This document shows positions 8,211 to 17,925 of a stretch of DNA of 64,000 bases, piece after piece. The notes beneath the pieces are model-generated. The model saw nothing but the letters and a program-made list of their open reading frames with translations. It was not told the origin of the DNA and made no database searches. Made by a program: the position numbers and the translations under genes. The stretch is from the NCBI GenBank assembly GCA_024279425.1, contig JAJRRO010000133.1, positions 20,759 through 84,758 on the forward strand, read 5' to 3'. Numbering within the stretch: the stretch's first letter is position 1; each line of letters starts with the position of its first letter. This stretch comes from Bacteroidota bacterium (GTDB taxonomy: Bacteria > Bacteroidota > Bacteroidia > Flavobacteriales > Flavobacteriaceae).

Positions 8211-8852
8211 TCAACTGTCACCCAAACGAAGAGCATATACGCAGGTAAAACCCTCAAATTCCAAAAATTGGATATCATATCGCGATATATCGCCTTTATA
8301 AATAACCTGCCCTCTAATTTTGCTGTCTGAAAAATCAAAGTCTTCAATGTTGATATGCTGCATAAAGCTAAGCCCTTCGATTGCATAGATTTTATAAAGT
8401 GATTCCTTACAACCCCAAACTATAGTGAATTTACGTACCAGGTCTTTTGTGCTTTTAATATGGCTATAAGCTTCAATCTGTGTGAATTTATGAGCGATTC
8501 GCGTGATTTTTGGACGTTGCATTTCAATATCAATGCCTACCTCAATAGTATCACTCACAATAATTCCGGTAAATTGATGGGAGTGTGTTATGCTAATATG
8601 TCTGCCATCAATCAAATGTGGCTTACCCACCTTGTCATAGAAAAGATCCTTATCTTCATAATCGGCTTTGGCCATTAAATGCCGTATACTCAAAAAACCC
8701 CTACGGTGCATTTCAGATTTCATACCGTCAATTCGGTCTTGACAATGCGGGGTTAAATGAATCCCCTGTGAAAGCTCGTCCTCGGATTCTTCAATCTTCC
8801 AAATATAAACCGTAACTGTCTGGTTTACCTGTATTGTTTTATAAAGAGGCAT
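8211..8852 (-). CDS. 4'-phosphopantetheinyl transferase (Sfp/AcpS superfamily)
   Basis: The [11 protein letters not shown] motif matches the (W/F)-x-x-KE-S-x-x-K PPTase signature. Start taken at MPLYKTIQV (ATG 8852) rather than the longer track ORF. Confidence 0.75.
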   Translation of the reverse strand: MPLYKTIQVNQTVTVYIWKIEESEDELSQGIHLTPHCQDRIDGMKSEMHRRGFLSIRHLMAKADYEDKDLFYDKVGKPHLIDGRHISITHSHQFTGIIVSDTIEVGIDIEMQRPKITRIAHKFTQIEAYSHIKSTKDLVRKFTIVWGCKESLYKIYAIEGLSFMQHINIEDFDFSDSKIRGQVIYKGDISRYDIQFLEFEGFTCVYALRLGDS

Positions 8853-8872
8853 GGTGTTATTTAGGATATTCG

Positions 8873-8880
8873 TAACTTTG
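8873..8880 (+). promoter_or_regulatory. Bacteroidetes sigma-A -7 box (TAnnTTTG) upstream of ahcY
   Basis: TAACTTTG sits 58 nt upstream of the ahcY ATG. No Shine-Dalgarno sequence, consistent with Bacteroidota. Confidence 0.35.
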
Positions 8881-8937
8881 CGACTCTTTAAAAAGAACTG
8901 CAATAATCAAACAACGAAAGTAAAAATAAAAAAGGAT

Positions 8938-10254
8938 ATGGCTATCAAAACTGTTGCATATACACCGTATAAGGTAAAGGACATTTCTCTGGCAGATTGG
9001 GGAAGAAAGGAGATTGAATTGGCCGAAGCGGAAATGCCGGGACTTATGTCACTCAGGGAAGAGTATAAGAATGAGCAGCCGCTAAAAGGTACCCGTATAG
9101 CCGGTTGTTTGCATATGACCATACAAACGGCTGTACTGATTGAGACCTTGGTCGCATTAGGAGCGGATATTACCTGGAGTTCCTGTAACATTTTCTCAAC
9201 CCAGGACCATGCCGCTGCCGCTATAGCTGCTGCTGGCATTCCCGTTTATGCTTGGAAAGGCATGACTGAGGAGGAGTTTGACTGGTGCATTGAACAAACT
9301 TTGTTCTTTGGGGAAGACCGCCAACCTTTGAATATGATTTTGGATGATGGCGGTGACCTTACCAATATGGTATTGGATCAGTACCCGGAACTTGCAGCAG
9401 GTATCAGGGGCCTTTCAGAGGAGACCACAACCGGTGTTCACCGTTTATACGAAAGGGTAAAGAATGGCACATTGCCCATGCCCGCAATCAATGTGAACGA
9501 TTCCGTCACCAAATCGAAGTTCGATAATAAGTATGGATGTCGTGAAAGTGCCGTTGATGCCATTCGAAGGGCCACCGACACCATGTTAGCCGGTAAACGT
9601 GTAGTTGTCGCAGGATATGGTGATGTTGGCAAAGGTACTGCTGCTTCATTCAAAGGGGCCGGAGCCATAGTTACAGTTACTGAAATTGACCCGATTTGCG
9701 CGCTTCAAGCCTGTATGGATGGGTATGAGGTAAAACGCTTGGAAAACGTTGTGGGTAAGGCCGATGTGGTAATCACAACCACTGGAAACAAGGATATTAT
9801 CCAGGCCAAACATTTCAAGGCGATGCGCGACAAGGTCATTGTCTGCAATATAGGCCATTTTGATAATGAGATAGACATGGCTTGGTTGAATGAAAACTAC
9901 GGCAATACCAAGGACGAAATCAAACCGCAGGTCGATAAATATACCGTTGATGGTAAAGACATTATTTTATTGGCCGAAGGGAGATTGGTGAATTTAGGGT
10001 GCGCCACAGGGCATCCAAGTTTTGTCATGAGTAACTCGTTCACCAACCAAACCTTGGCCCAAATAGAACTTTGGAAAAACACAGATGCCTATGGGAACAA
10101 GGTGTATATGTTGCCAAAGTATTTGGATGAGAAGGTAGCCAAATTGCACTTATCTCGATTGGGAGCAGAGCTTACCGAACTACGTGAAGATCAGGCTGAA
10201 TATATTGGTGTTACTGTCGAAGGACCATTCAAGCCGGAGTATTATAGATATTAG
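8938..10254 (+). CDS. ahcY: Adenosylhomocysteinase (S-adenosyl-L-homocysteine hydrolase)
   Basis: Starts at [40 protein letters not shown]-binding motif GYGDVGKG. The family is highly conserved throughout. Confidence 0.95.
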   Translation: MAIKTVAYTPYKVKDISLADWGRKEIELAEAEMPGLMSLREEYKNEQPLKGTRIAGCLHMTIQTAVLIETLVALGADITWSSCNIFSTQDHAAAAIAAAGIPVYAWKGMTEEEFDWCIEQTLFFGEDRQPLNMILDDGGDLTNMVLDQYPELAAGIRGLSEETTTGVHRLYERVKNGTLPMPAINVNDSVTKSKFDNKYGCRESAVDAIRRATDTMLAGKRVVVAGYGDVGKGTAASFKGAGAIVTVTEIDPICALQACMDGYEVKRLENVVGKADVVITTTGNKDIIQAKHFKAMRDKVIVCNIGHFDNEIDMAWLNENYGNTKDEIKPQVDKYTVDGKDIILLAEGRLVNLGCATGHPSFVMSNSFTNQTLAQIELWKNTDAYGNKVYMLPKYLDEKVAKLHLSRLGAELTELREDQAEYIGVTVEGPFKPEYYRY

Positions 10255-10486
10255 AATTTTGCCTTTTCTGAGAAGGTAGGAATCCAAAACAAGCATAAGA
10301 CCCTTGCAGCGATGTGATGGTTTTTATTTCATTATTACCGGAACATCGACTTTTTTATCGCCCTTCTTAGAGCCTATTTTCAAACATGCCAATTATTTTA
10401 TTATGTCTCATTTTGCGCAACTTCGTTAAAATTTTGAACCGTAGCCCTGCTATGCTTAAATATTTCGCCTCGTTTTGCCTCAAAAA

Positions 10487-10504
10487 TCGCCTGTAATCCC
10501 GATA
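10487..10504. repeat. 18-bp perfect palindrome TCCCGATAGCTATCGGGA (copy 2 of 3 of a CCCGATA-N2-TATCGGG inverted repeat)
   Basis: Exact inverted repeat in the 330-bp ahcY/nucleotidase intergenic region. Related copies are at 5103-5117 and 62301-62324. Confidence 0.6.
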
Positions 10505-10584
10505 GCTATCGGGACTAATCACATATTTCAAAACAGACTCTTAGTTAAATAAATTTTTCGGTTCTTCGTAAAAACTTTTAGACC

Positions 10585-11106
10585 ATGACAATATTTATAG
10601 ATATGGATGAGGTAATTGCAGATACCTACGGAGCCCATATAGAAATCTACAACGCGGAATTTGACCAACAACTTAACATTCAATCCTGTTTGGGAAGTGA
10701 GGTATGGCAAAAAGTGCCGGTTGAGCATCAGGAAAGTATTCGCCAACATGCAAGAAGAAGAGGGTTTTTCCAAGGTCTACAGCCTATAAAAGATAGCCAA
10801 GACATCGTAAAGGAATTGTCCAAAAAATATGAGGTCTATATTGCTTCCGCAGCCATGGAATATCCAAACTCCTTGGAGGAAAAAAGCGAATGGTTAGATG
10901 AGTATTTTCCTTTTTTACCTTGGAAAAAAAGAATCCTATGCGGAGACAAGCGTATTTTATTCGGAGATGTGCTAATTGATGACCGAAGTTACAATCTGGA
11001 AAGCTTTCAAGGTAGGACAATTCTGTTTACTTCGCCCCATAATGTCAATAGCAATGGATATGAACGCGCGAACAACTGGCTTGAAATTGGCGACAGATTA
11101 CTTTGA
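10585..11106 (+). CDS. 5'(3')-deoxyribonucleotidase (NT5C family, HAD superfamily)
   Basis: N-terminal FIDMDEV HAD motif I. 173 aa, typical of the NT5C family. Confidence 0.75.
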   Translation: MTIFIDMDEVIADTYGAHIEIYNAEFDQQLNIQSCLGSEVWQKVPVEHQESIRQHARRRGFFQGLQPIKDSQDIVKELSKKYEVYIASAAMEYPNSLEEKSEWLDEYFPFLPWKKRILCGDKRILFGDVLIDDRSYNLESFQGRTILFTSPHNVNSNGYERANNWLEIGDRLL

Positions 11107-11120
11107 TTCAAGGCCAATAA

Positions 11121-11150
11121 AAAACCCTTTCCAAAAATGAAAAGGGCCTT
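11121..11150 (-). terminator. Hairpin followed by a T-run: terminator for rpmA (probably bidirectional)
   Basis: Minus-strand GCCCTTTTCATTTTTGGAAAGGGTTTTTTATT lies between the convergent nucleotidase and rpmA genes. Confidence 0.5.
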
Positions 11151-11176
11151 ATTATCTTAAGCAGAGTGGTTAGTTC

Positions 11177-11437
11177 TTAAGCCTCAAAAGGCTCAATGGA
11201 AACATAGGATTTACCTCCGGCTTTCTTTTGAAACTTTACCAGTCCGTCTACTCTTGCATGCAAAGTGTGATCTTTACCGGCATACACATTGTCACCTGGA
11301 TTATGTTTAGTACCACGTTGTCTAACAATGATATTTCCTGCAATGGCTGCCTGGCCACCAAAAATCTTAACCCCTAAGCGTTTCGATTCTGATTCCCTAC
11401 CGTTTTTTGAACTACCTACACCTTTTTTATGTGCCAT
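11177..11437 (-). CDS. rpmA: 50S ribosomal protein L27
   Basis: [24 protein letters not shown]... matches the canonical L27 N-terminus. Confidence 0.95.
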   Translation of the reverse strand: MAHKKGVGSSKNGRESESKRLGVKIFGGQAAIAGNIIVRQRGTKHNPGDNVYAGKDHTLHARVDGLVKFQKKAGGKSYVSIEPFEA

Positions 11438-11477
11438 GATATATTATTTTATCAACCTCGAACAAGGTCTAATTATA

Positions 11478-12041
11478 TTATTTACTTAAAGCGGCAATTA
11501 AATCAGCCTTTTTCATTGAAGAGATACCTTCAATTCCTTTGGCTTTAGCCATTTCTTTTAATTCAGCAACCGTATTCTTGCTATAATCAACAGCTTCTTT
11601 CTTTGGTGCTGCCTTTTTAGGTGCAACCTTTGGTGCTTCAGCTTTTGCCTTTGGTGCTTCAGCCTTTGCTTTGGGTGCAGCTGATTTTGGCTCTGCCTTG
11701 GCTTTGGCCGGTGCAGCTTTCTTGGCACCTTTAGTAACAATACCTTCAACAACAATCTCGGTCAATGATTGGCGATGGCCATTTTTGACTGCATATCCCT
11801 TACGTCTTTTCTTTTTAAAGACGATAACCTTATCACCTTTAAGGTGCTTTATGACTTTTGCCTCAACAGTGGCTCCGTCTATAGCTGGGGCGCCAATAGT
11901 AACATTCTTACCGTCATCTAAAAGAAGAACATTGTCAAAAGTTACCTTTTTACCTTCTTCTACCTGTAAACGGTGAACATATACTTTTTGGTCTTTCGCA
12001 ACCTTAAATTGCTGCCCTGCCATCTCTACAATTGCATACAT
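11478..12041 (-). CDS. rplU: 50S ribosomal protein L21 with a long C-terminal extension (KA-rich repeats plus a Rho_N-like helix-hairpin domain)
   Basis: N-terminal 100 aa MYAIVEMAGQQFKV... is L21. It is followed by a PKAKAEAPKAKAEAPK low-complexity tract and then TVAELKEMAKAKGIEGISSMKKADLIAAL, which resembles the Rho-termination-factor N-terminal domain. Confidence 0.9.
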   Translation of the reverse strand: MYAIVEMAGQQFKVAKDQKVYVHRLQVEEGKKVTFDNVLLLDDGKNVTIGAPAIDGATVEAKVIKHLKGDKVIVFKKKRRKGYAVKNGHRQSLTEIVVEGIVTKGAKKAAPAKAKAEPKSAAPKAKAEAPKAKAEAPKVAPKKAAPKKEAVDYSKNTVAELKEMAKAKGIEGISSMKKADLIAALSK

Positions 12042-12088
12042 AGCGTATATTTAGTTTAATTTACCTACCATTTTCTCAATAGGCGGGT

Positions 12089-12096
12089 GCAAATAT
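12089..12096 (-). promoter_or_regulatory. Putative -7 box (TATATTTG) for the rplU-rpmA operon
   Basis: Minus-strand TATATTTG sits 48 nt upstream of the rplU start codon. Confidence 0.3.
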
Positions 12097-12164
12097 ACTG
12101 CTAAATCATTAATGTACAAGAGATTTTAAAAATAAAAGTTCCCCTAGGAATGGTGTAATGTAGG

Positions 12165-12623
12165 TTAGCTTAATTCCTGCTTTCTGGGATTATTGCTTAA
12201 TTTGAATAATTGCATAAAAGATAGGGTCAACACCAACGATGTGGTGAAACCCATTATGGCAACAGTAAAAAACACAATGGCTTGAAAATTATTATAATCT
12301 TCTGCCCAGGCACTTGAAAGTTCGTTAAGGAATTCCGTATTGAGTTCTGTGGCGTAAAACGCGAAAAAAATCGTGAACAAGAATGTGGCAATCGCACCAG
12401 TTACCACACCCGCAATAAATCCCTTGCCATAATTGAAACTTTCTTTTTCCCTTATCCGAAAAAACTTGATGGCCTCATAGATTCCAAAGCCAGTGATTAC
12501 AACATTAAACAGGCTATAGAATACATTAATATGAAGATTGAATAATGAGAGAACCAAAAAATAGGTGATTAGACAACCGCTGGTTGCTATTCCAAATCGA
12601 ATCGGTATTGCAAACTGTTTCAT
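12165..12623 (-). CDS. Hypothetical integral membrane protein (4 TM helices)
   Basis: Hydrophobic segments only. No recognisable catalytic motif. Confidence 0.5.
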   Translation of the reverse strand: MKQFAIPIRFGIATSGCLITYFLVLSLFNLHINVFYSLFNVVITGFGIYEAIKFFRIREKESFNYGKGFIAGVVTGAIATFLFTIFFAFYATELNTEFLNELSSAWAEDYNNFQAIVFFTVAIMGFTTSLVLTLSFMQLFKLSNNPRKQELS

Positions 12624-12802
12624 CGGACCAAAATTTCAAATTTCCCCTTTAAATTACATAATTTTAATGGATTCTGGCTTAAATTCTTGTTAAAGAGAAC
12701 GGTGTTTCCCTTCTAATTTGATGAAAAAATTATATTCGTGTAACATTTTTATGCATGTTCATACCAATTTGCTACTAATTATCTAATCTAACACCTGTAA
12801 GA

Positions 12803-14125
12803 ATGAACCTAAAACCACTTTATGCAATTCTGACATTTTTAACGATGGCCGCCATGAATGCCCAGGAGGTTCCCTATGAGGAATATGACCTTGACAATGG
12901 CCTTCATGTAATTTTACATCAAGACAACAGAGCCCCTGTGGTGACAACCTCGGTCATGTATCATGTTGGTGCCAAGGACGAGAATCCAGAAAAAACCGGG
13001 TTCGCCCACTTTTTTGAGCATTTATTGTTCGAAGGTACCAAAAATATCGAACGGGGTGAGTGGTTCAAAATAGTTTCCTCAAATGGAGGCCAAAACAATG
13101 CCAATACTACACAGGACAGGACGTACTACTATGAGGTCTTTCCCTCGAACAACTTGGAATTGGGCCTTTGGCTGGAGTCTGAACGCCTAATGCATCCAAT
13201 TATCAATAAAATTGGAGTAGACACACAAAGTGAGGTAGTACAGGAAGAACGAAGAATGCGTTATGATAATGCCCCTTATGGCAGGTGGAGGGAGCAAATG
13301 TTCATCAGCTTATTCAAAAAACATCCATATCGTTGGCAAACCATAGGTTCCCTAGAACATTTGGCCAGTGCCTCCTTGGACGATTTTAAGAATTTCAATA
13401 CAAAGTACTATATCCCAAATAATGCTGTTTTGGTAGTAGCCGGCGATATAGACATTGATAAGACCAAAAAAATGATTGAGGATTATTTTGGGCCCATTCC
13501 CAAAGGAGAGGATATTCAACGCAGCACCTTTATTGAAGACCCCATAACTTCAACGATTAAGACGAAATATCACGATTCCAACATACAGATTCCTGCAATC
13601 TTTATGGGGTATCGCACCCCAGCCCAAACGGAGAGGGATGCTTACGTGCTAGACATGATATCGACTTATTTGAGTGATGGTAAAAGCTCCAAGCTTTATA
13701 AAAAGCTGGTGGACGAAAAGAAAAAAGCGCTTCAGGTCTTTGCTTTCAATGGATCTCAAGAAGATTACGGCGCTTATGTAGTGGGTGCCCTTCCGGTAGG
13801 AGAAACCTCATTGGACGATATTAAAACCGAGATCGATGCAGAAATTGTAAAGCTTCAGTCCGAACCCATAACAGAAAAGGATTATCAAAAATTACAGAAC
13901 AAATTTGAAAATCTTTTTGTCAACTCAAATAGCAGTGTTTCAGGTATCGCAAATTCGCTAGCTAGATATTATATGTTATATGATGATACCAGCCTAATCA
14001 ATAATGAGATAGATATTTACCGAACTATCACCAGGGAAGAAATTACGGTTGTGGCCAATAAATATTTGAAGCCAAGCCAGCGTGTTGAACTAGAATACTT
14101 ACCCCAGGAAGCAACTGAAAACTAA
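12803..14125 (+). CDS. M16-family (pitrilysin/insulinase-like) zinc peptidase, active subunit
   Basis: Signal peptide, then the inverted zinc-binding motif HFFEHLLFEGT (HxxEH). Confidence 0.85.
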   Translation: MNLKPLYAILTFLTMAAMNAQEVPYEEYDLDNGLHVILHQDNRAPVVTTSVMYHVGAKDENPEKTGFAHFFEHLLFEGTKNIERGEWFKIVSSNGGQNNANTTQDRTYYYEVFPSNNLELGLWLESERLMHPIINKIGVDTQSEVVQEERRMRYDNAPYGRWREQMFISLFKKHPYRWQTIGSLEHLASASLDDFKNFNTKYYIPNNAVLVVAGDIDIDKTKKMIEDYFGPIPKGEDIQRSTFIEDPITSTIKTKYHDSNIQIPAIFMGYRTPAQTERDAYVLDMISTYLSDGKSSKLYKKLVDEKKKALQVFAFNGSQEDYGAYVVGALPVGETSLDDIKTEIDAEIVKLQSEPITEKDYQKLQNKFENLFVNSNSSVSGIANSLARYYMLYDDTSLINNEIDIYRTITREEITVVANKYLKPSQRVELEYLPQEATEN

Positions 14126-14130
14126 AAGCT

Positions 14131-16200
14131 ATGAAGAAATATTATATAACCTTGGTCTTTGGCATTATTGCCTTGAATTTACAGGCACAGATTGATAGAA
14201 CCCAGATACCCAAACCAGGGCCTGCCCCACAAATAAACTTACAGGAACCGCAGCATTTTGAATTGAAAAACGGACTAAAAGTCTTGGTAGTGGAAAACCA
14301 CAAGCTCCCTAGGGTTTCTATTCAACTTTTAATAGATAACCCTCCTATCCTTGAAGGTGACAAAGCTGGTGTGTCAAGCCTTGAGGCTAGTCTTTTGGGA
14401 AATGGCTCAAAGACAATCCCTAAGGATGACTTTAATGAAGAGGTCGATTTTCTGGGGGCACGAATACGTTTTGGTTCCCAAAGTGCTTTTGCCAGTTCAT
14501 TGTCCAAATATTTTCCAAGAATATTAGAGTTAATGGCAGATGCGGCGATCAACCCAAATTTCACTGAAGTCGAATTTGATAAAGAGAAGCAAAAACTGCT
14601 TACCGCCTTAAAAGCCCAAGAAAAAGATGTTTCAGCAATTGCAAGTAGGGTTCAAAGGGCATTGGCCTATGGTGCTAGTCACCCTTATGGAGAATTCACT
14701 ACGGAAGAAACCATAAATAATGTTTCCCTTTTGGATGTTGTTCAATTTTATGAGGATTATTTTGTTCCCGCCAATGCCTATTTGGTCATTATTGGTGATG
14801 TTGAATTTGACAGTGTACAAAAATTGGTAGAGGAACACTTTACACCATGGGTAAAGGCAGTCCCACCTTCCTTTCAATTTTCGAGACCCTCGAACGCTCA
14901 ATACACCCAAATAAATTTTGTTGATGTTCCCAATGCGGTGCAATCTGAGGTATCGGTAGAAAGTTTGGTAGACCTTACCATGAAAAATGAAGACTATTTG
15001 CATGTCTTAATGGCCAATCGCATCCTGGGCGGTGGTGCGCAGGGCCGTCTATTCTTAAACCTTCGGGAAGATAAGGCCTATACATACCACTCATATTCGA
15101 GCATAGGCAATGACAAATATGCCCCAGCTACATTTAAGGCCACGGCACAGGTACGCAATATGGTTACGGATAGCACGGTCGTCGAAATTCTAAAAGAACT
15201 TGACAAGATAATCAAAGAACCCGTCACAGATGATGAACTTAAAGATGCAAAAGCCAAATACGTGGGTAATTTTGTTCTTGCGCTTGAAAAACCTGAAACT
15301 ATCGCCAGATACGCTTTGAATATAGAAACGGAGGATTTACCAAAGGATTATTACAAGACCTATTTGGAACGTATAAATGCCATTTCTAAGGAAGATGTCC
15401 AAAAAGCTGCACAAAAATACATGACCATTGATAAGGCTCGGGTCGTTGTCACTGGAAAAGGGAGCGAAGTCATAGAAAACCTAGAAAAAATTACGTTCAA
15501 TAACAAAAGGGTTCCAGTCAAATACTACGACAAATATGCAAAAGGAAGTGAGAAGCCCAATTATGAGGTATCGGTTCCTGAGGGCTTGACAGCCCAAAAT
15601 GTTTTGGAGAAATATATTGAGGCTATTGGCGGCACAGACAAATTAATGGGAGTAGAATCGTATTCCCTTAGGGCTGAAGCTGAAATGCAAGGCATGAAAT
15701 TGAACCTAGAAGTCAAGAAAACTTCCAAAAATCAATTCATGCAAGATTTAAAAGTAATGGGCAATTCAATGAGCAAGCAAGTGGTTGATGGCAATAAAGG
15801 TTATATGGTAATGCAAGGTCAACGAAAGGATTTGGGAGAAGAAGAACTCAAGAAAGCAAAAGAAGAATCGGCCCCCTTCCCAGAGTTGAATTTACTCAAT
15901 ACCGATGTTGTACTTGAGGGCATTGAAGTGATAGATGGCAAAAAGGCCTATAAAATTAAAATCTCCAATGAAAAAACTTCTTTTTATGATATTGAAACAG
16001 GGTTGAAAGTTCAGGATGCTGTTAGTATTGAGACTCAAGGCCAGCAAATGAACACCATCTTCAACTATAGTGATTACCAGGAAGTTTCGGGTATTAAGTT
16101 CCCTTTTCTACTCAAACAGACCATGGGACCACAAAAGTTTGAATTTATTGTAAAGGAAATCAAGGTCAATGAAGGGGTTTCCGATGTAGATTTCGAATAA
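14131..16200 (+). CDS. M16-family peptidase paralog (non-catalytic partner) with an extra C-terminal domain of about 220 aa
   Basis: Signal peptide and M16 fold but no HxxEH motif. Begins 6 nt after the upstream M16 gene. At 689 aa it is about 250 aa longer than typical partners. Confidence 0.75.
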   Translation: MKKYYITLVFGIIALNLQAQIDRTQIPKPGPAPQINLQEPQHFELKNGLKVLVVENHKLPRVSIQLLIDNPPILEGDKAGVSSLEASLLGNGSKTIPKDDFNEEVDFLGARIRFGSQSAFASSLSKYFPRILELMADAAINPNFTEVEFDKEKQKLLTALKAQEKDVSAIASRVQRALAYGASHPYGEFTTEETINNVSLLDVVQFYEDYFVPANAYLVIIGDVEFDSVQKLVEEHFTPWVKAVPPSFQFSRPSNAQYTQINFVDVPNAVQSEVSVESLVDLTMKNEDYLHVLMANRILGGGAQGRLFLNLREDKAYTYHSYSSIGNDKYAPATFKATAQVRNMVTDSTVVEILKELDKIIKEPVTDDELKDAKAKYVGNFVLALEKPETIARYALNIETEDLPKDYYKTYLERINAISKEDVQKAAQKYMTIDKARVVVTGKGSEVIENLEKITFNNKRVPVKYYDKYAKGSEKPNYEVSVPEGLTAQNVLEKYIEAIGGTDKLMGVESYSLRAEAEMQGMKLNLEVKKTSKNQFMQDLKVMGNSMSKQVVDGNKGYMVMQGQRKDLGEEELKKAKEESAPFPELNLLNTDVVLEGIEVIDGKKAYKIKISNEKTSFYDIETGLKVQDAVSIETQGQQMNTIFNYSDYQEVSGIKFPFLLKQTMGPQKFEFIVKEIKVNEGVSDVDFE

Positions 16201-16242
16201 TCAAGTTTTTAAACGTATAAACCATAAGAGGCCTTTATCAAA

Positions 16243-17124
16243 TTATAAGGGTCTCTTTTTTTTATTCACCAAATAAACGCCAAATAGTATAATAGCACCG
16301 CCTAGCAGCTGATACAGATTTATAATCTCACTGTCCCAGATTCCCCACAGGATGGCTACAGTAGGTATCGTATACGTTACTGAAGCAGCAAAAACAGGGC
16401 TCGACAAATGAATCAATTTATTAAAGTAAATATTGGCTACTGCGGTCCCTAGCAATGCCAAGGCCAATAGATACCATATGGCTTCATGCATTTGTATATT
16501 ACCCCTTACTTCAGTAAGAAATCCTGAATAAAGCATCACTACTATTGCAGGAACAAAGGCAACTGCAAAACTTCCGGTTGTTACTGTCAATGGGCTTAAA
16601 TGAGACAAGTGTTTTTTAATAATATTAATGTTCAATGCATATCCCAAAGCGGATGCCAAGATAAAAATGGAATACCAATAATTTTGGTCTAGATCCAATT
16701 CCATGCCAGTTAGGATCAAGGTAAGCGTTCCGAACAATCCAATTAAAACACCTACAATTTGTCTTTTGGTAACAATGGCTCCAAATAACAACACCCCAAC
16801 AATGGTCGTAAGCAGCGGAACGACCGAATTGAATATTGAGGTAACCCCACTATCTAGTTGGGTTTGCGCAACAGCGAACAAAAATGGCGGAAAAAAGGAG
16901 CTAAGCAAACCAGCCATAAAAATCCATTTCCAATCTCGAAGTTTGGCTTGTTTAAGACTCCGATGGCCAAAAACAAATAGAGATATTGCGGCAATTACAA
17001 TACGTAAACTTCCCAATTGCACAGGTGTAAATCCAAGCAAGGATTTTTTTATCAAAATAAATGAAGAACCCCAGACCAAGGAAAGTATTGTCAGGTATAT
17101 CCATTTTTTGCTGTACTCGTTCAC
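16243..17124 (-). CDS. EamA/DMT-family transporter
   Basis: 10 predicted TM helices in two EamA repeats. Starts MNEYSKKWIYLTILSLVWGSSFILIK. Confidence 0.75.
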   Translation of the reverse strand: MNEYSKKWIYLTILSLVWGSSFILIKKSLLGFTPVQLGSLRIVIAAISLFVFGHRSLKQAKLRDWKWIFMAGLLSSFFPPFLFAVAQTQLDSGVTSIFNSVVPLLTTIVGVLLFGAIVTKRQIVGVLIGLFGTLTLILTGMELDLDQNYWYSIFILASALGYALNINIIKKHLSHLSPLTVTTGSFAVAFVPAIVVMLYSGFLTEVRGNIQMHEAIWYLLALALLGTAVANIYFNKLIHLSSPVFAASVTYTIPTVAILWGIWDSEIINLYQLLGGAIILFGVYLVNKKKRPL

Positions 17125-17213
17125 TTTAATTATTTTTTTGTAAAAGTGATGTTTTTTGACAAAACAATTGCGTCGTTATTTTGTAATTTTACCCTAGTCT
17201 TTAATACAAGTCC

Positions 17214-17648
17214 ATGAAAACCGGAAAACAAATTATTTTTTTGATTGCCTCTATTTTTTTGATTTTCTCCTGTAAGGAAGAAAAAAAAGAAGAACATACA
17301 GTTTCGAATAATCAAATGAAAGAGGTCATGGCCATTCATGACGAGGTAATGCCTAAAATGAGCATTTTAGGTAATATGGTAGGGGAAATGGCAACTAAGG
17401 AAGATAGTACAGCATTGGGGCTGCAATACAAAAATGCAAGGATAGACCTCCAGGAGGCCCACAAGTCGATGATGGATTGGATGCAAGGATTCGGTAGCCG
17501 ATTTGATTCTGATGAAATCTTGAACGGAAAGGAATTATCGGATCAAAAACAAATTTGGTTAGATGAGGAAGAAGAAAAGGTAAAATCGCTACGGAATCAA
17601 ATAAACTCTAGTATTGAAGAGGCTAAAAAGTTATTGGATAAAAGCTAA
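17214..17648 (+). CDS. Hypothetical lipoprotein
   Basis: Lipobox IFLIFSC, followed by a charged coiled-coil-like sequence. Confidence 0.55.
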   Translation: MKTGKQIIFLIASIFLIFSCKEEKKEEHTVSNNQMKEVMAIHDEVMPKMSILGNMVGEMATKEDSTALGLQYKNARIDLQEAHKSMMDWMQGFGSRFDSDEILNGKELSDQKQIWLDEEEEKVKSLRNQINSSIEEAKKLLDKS

Positions 17649-17925
17649 GAGACTGTTTTGAAGGATCCCGTTCTTTGCCGGACAACAAATCTGACGGCAC
17701 AGCTGGGCCAGCAACGGAAGGGATTCCGATTATCATAGTCACTCACATTGGTTGCTAGGCAAAGTACCTCTTGGAAAATATGCTTTACTATTAGAATAAT
17801 ATCAAAATAGGTGCTATTCTAAATGCGATGTCCTTGCTATTGCCGAAAAATTGTGTTTTGTGTTCTTAAATAGAGGTTTTTTACTGACAATATCCCTGCA
17901 ACTCTTCCTTTCTTATTAATCTGAT

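Noticed and set aside
8853-8937. Possible SAH riboswitch upstream of ahcY
   Set aside because: The spacer is only 85 nt and lacks the conserved SAH-element blocks. Only a promoter-like TAACTTTG is present.
11590-11760. Tandem KAKAEAPK repeats at the DNA level resembling a short repeat array
   Set aside because: The repeats are in-frame and code the Lys/Ala-rich tail of L21. They are not a CRISPR or satellite.
14322-15003. Minus-strand ORFs of 80 and 123 aa
   Set aside because: They lie inside the M16 partner gene on the opposite strand with no features. Shadows.
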